From: a virus
Lineage: Duplodnaviria > Caudoviricetes
Reading direction: 5' to 3' (one strand)
IMG/VR virus record: IMGVR_UViG_3300049004_000019
Coordinates: 1-35,427 of that record
Length of the DNA: 35,427 nt
Shown here: in pieces, positions 33,660 to 35,427 of the stretch
Position numbering within the stretch: position 1 is the stretch's first letter
How the letters are laid out: each line of letters begins with the position of its first letter
Made by a program: the position numbers and the translations under genes
The notes under the pieces: model-generated
Database searches by the model: none
Seen by the model: the letters and a program-made list of their open reading frames with translations, nothing else
Told to the model about the DNA's origin: nothing

Positions 33660-35152
33660 GAGGCTGCCTTTCCTGCCGGTAGCGCTTTGGCCTTGCCGTT
33701 GAGCGCGGGCGGTTCGTCCTGCTTCTGGTCATCCGGTTTGGCGTCGCCCTCGGCCGGACCGCCGAGGGCAGCAGGGACCGGTGCCGGTTCGGGCTGGTCC
33801 GGCACGGGCAGCTGAAGCTGCACGGAGTACAGCCCGGAGTGCTTCAGCATCGACCAGTCGCCATCGGCGAGCAGGGCGGCCTGCGCGGACTCGGGCTCCC
33901 ATCCGGAGTTGATCAAGGTCTGCAGCGTCGACGCGTGCGTCTGCATGATCTGCGCGGCTTCGAGCTTGTCCTCGCGCAGGAACGCGATATCGCGGTCGTC
34001 GTACCAGAGGATCGCGCCGGGCGGGACCTTGAGCAGGACGGCCAGGGAGCCGGCGGCGTTCTGCCAGAGGGACCGCAGGGTGATGTCCGCGTACGCGCGC
34101 TTGGCCTGCGCGTAGTTGCTGTAGGTCGCAGCCTGAAGCCCTTCGGACAGACCCACGATGATCGGCGGGCAGCCGGCCACCGAAGCGATGCGGGTCTCGA
34201 TGCGGCCGGTCACCTGGCTGAAGTCGACCTGCTTGAGGTCGGTACCGATGACCGTAGCGTCGACGCCGCCACCGATGTGCAGGGAGCGGTAGGCGTTGGA
34301 CACGCCGCGATGCTGCTCCTCGAAGAGCGACTTCATGGCCCGGACCGCGGTCACGTCCAGGTCGGGGTCGTACTTGAACAGGGTCTGTAGCGTGGCGCCG
34401 TTCTCGAAGAACGCGTTGCGATGGTTGGTCGCGGCGTTGTCGCCCTGAATCTCCCGGATGAGCGGGGTCAGGTAGGACATGCCTTTCCACGGGGACTCCG
34501 GATCCGGGATCGGAGCGAAGTGGCAGACCTCTTCGGCCAAGAGGAACTCCACCTCGTCCTTGGATGCCGCACCGAACGGGCCGCCCGGCCAGTAGACGTA
34601 GCCGAGGATCTTCGACTCGATGGCGTCCGGGTTGCCGCCGTCGGGAACGCCTTCCTCGCCGCGGATGATGTAGACCCAATCCGGGCGGAGCCGGCACATC
34701 TGGCCGTTGCGCAGCGTCCAGTACGAGTTGCCGGCCAGGTCGGCATCAATGAGCATCTTCGTGAGCAGGTCGCCCGTGGTGCCGTTCGTCCACGGGATCT
34801 CCAGCGGCTCCAGTTCCTGCGTGCCGAACAGGTCACCGGGGCGGCCGTTGCTCATGCGGCGGAACTGGAACCGGACCTGGGCGAAGATCGAGAAGCGGGC
34901 CCGCATGCAGGCGAACGCCACCGCGTTGCCCTTCATGGCGCCCGTGGCGAAGCCCAGGAAGGACGGATCAATCCGTTCGGCGCGGTTCGGGATATCAGTC
35001 GGAATGCCGAAGTACTCGCGGCCGGCGAAGTTGAACGACTGGTCCTGCGCGTCGAGGCCGAGGTTGTACGCCCGTTCGATCGTGTCGGGCCAGCGCACGG
35101 CGGCAACGGCGGAGGACGGCCGACCGAACACGCGCTGCCAGAGGTTCGCCAT
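33656..35152 (-). CDS. Portal protein, HK97 family (498 aa)
   Basis: VAFAC, L.GNSY, LRPD.V, KGMS.L, FFENGA, IA...G.PP..VG, TYSN. Confidence 0.95.
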   Translation of the reverse strand: MANLWQRVFGRPSSAVAAVRWPDTIERAYNLGLDAQDQSFNFAGREYFGIPTDIPNRAERIDPSFLGFATGAMKGNAVAFACMRARFSIFAQVRFQFRRMSNGRPGDLFGTQELEPLEIPWTNGTTGDLLTKMLIDADLAGNSYWTLRNGQMCRLRPDWVYIIRGEEGVPDGGNPDAIESKILGYVYWPGGPFGAASKDEVEFLLAEEVCHFAPIPDPESPWKGMSYLTPLIREIQGDNAATNHRNAFFENGATLQTLFKYDPDLDVTAVRAMKSLFEEQHRGVSNAYRSLHIGGGVDATVIGTDLKQVDFSQVTGRIETRIASVAGCPPIIVGLSEGLQAATYSNYAQAKRAYADITLRSLWQNAAGSLAVLLKVPPGAILWYDDRDIAFLREDKLEAAQIMQTHASTLQTLINSGWEPESAQAALLADGDWSMLKHSGLYSVQLQLPVPDQPEPAPVPAALGGPAEGDAKPDDQKQDEPPALNGKAKALPAGKAAS

Positions 35153-35391
35153 CAGACCTTCGACCTGTGCCCGGCATGCTGGTCAAGAGCGTCGTCAAGC
35201 GCCTCGGTGGCGGACGAATGCACGGCGGAGGCGAAGACCACTGCGCACGAGCACACGACGTCGGTGACGAACTCGACGGGCTCACTCCGGTCGTCGTCGC
35301 GCTGATGCACGGCGCGGATGGCGTGCTGCTCTACGAACCCACGAGGATAAAGGGCTCCCGCTTGCGCTTCGGTGCGGTCTGGTGACCCCAA
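35152..35391 (-). CDS. Small hypothetical protein upstream of the portal (79 aa, start uncertain)
   Basis: TGATG overlap with the portal start. Confidence 0.5.
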   Translation of the reverse strand: MGSPDRTEAQAGALYPRGFVEQHAIRAVHQRDDDRSEPVEFVTDVVCSCAVVFASAVHSSATEALDDALDQHAGHRSKV

Positions 35392-35427
35392 TGCGCCAGG
35401 GTCAGCGCCCAGATCGGGGAGATGTCT

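Noticed and set aside
1-35427. Integrase, terminase, replication protein, reverse transcriptase/DGR or known defence genes
   Set aside because: No supporting motifs seen in this window; they may lie outside it

Overview
High-GC tailed (siphovirus-type, HK97-fold) phage or prophage of an actinomycete. The right two thirds (35391->11319, minus strand) is one late operon: portal, prohead protease, major capsid, a block of accessory virion genes (including an SGNH esterase and an Ala/Gly repeat fibre), head-tail and neck proteins, major tail, -1 frameshifted tail chaperones, tape measure with an SLT domain, minor tails, a papain-like protease and a GH25 lysis cassette. No terminase or integrase is visible in the window. 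The late operon ends in a ~230-nt tRNA-shaped RNA with a large structured insert, followed by a terminator. The left third carries an actinomycete plasmid-type DNA-transfer module (TraB-like FtsK ATPase, TraA-like and small membrane proteins, a DUF2637/SpdA-like membrane protein with a C-terminal HTH), many small phage ORFs, divergent promoters with palindromic operators, and two further structured intergenic regions. The strongest unexplained signal is four dense patches of the pentamer GGACA/TGTCC (often as the tandem GGACAGGACA) written into unrelated coding sequences at about 3.2-4.1, 9.3-9.6, 26.6-26.9 and 27.55-27.8 kb. Together with TraB and DUF2637 this suggests a phage with its own membrane-tethered DNA recognition and transfer system. 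All family calls are by motif recognition and all counts are manual; no searches were run.
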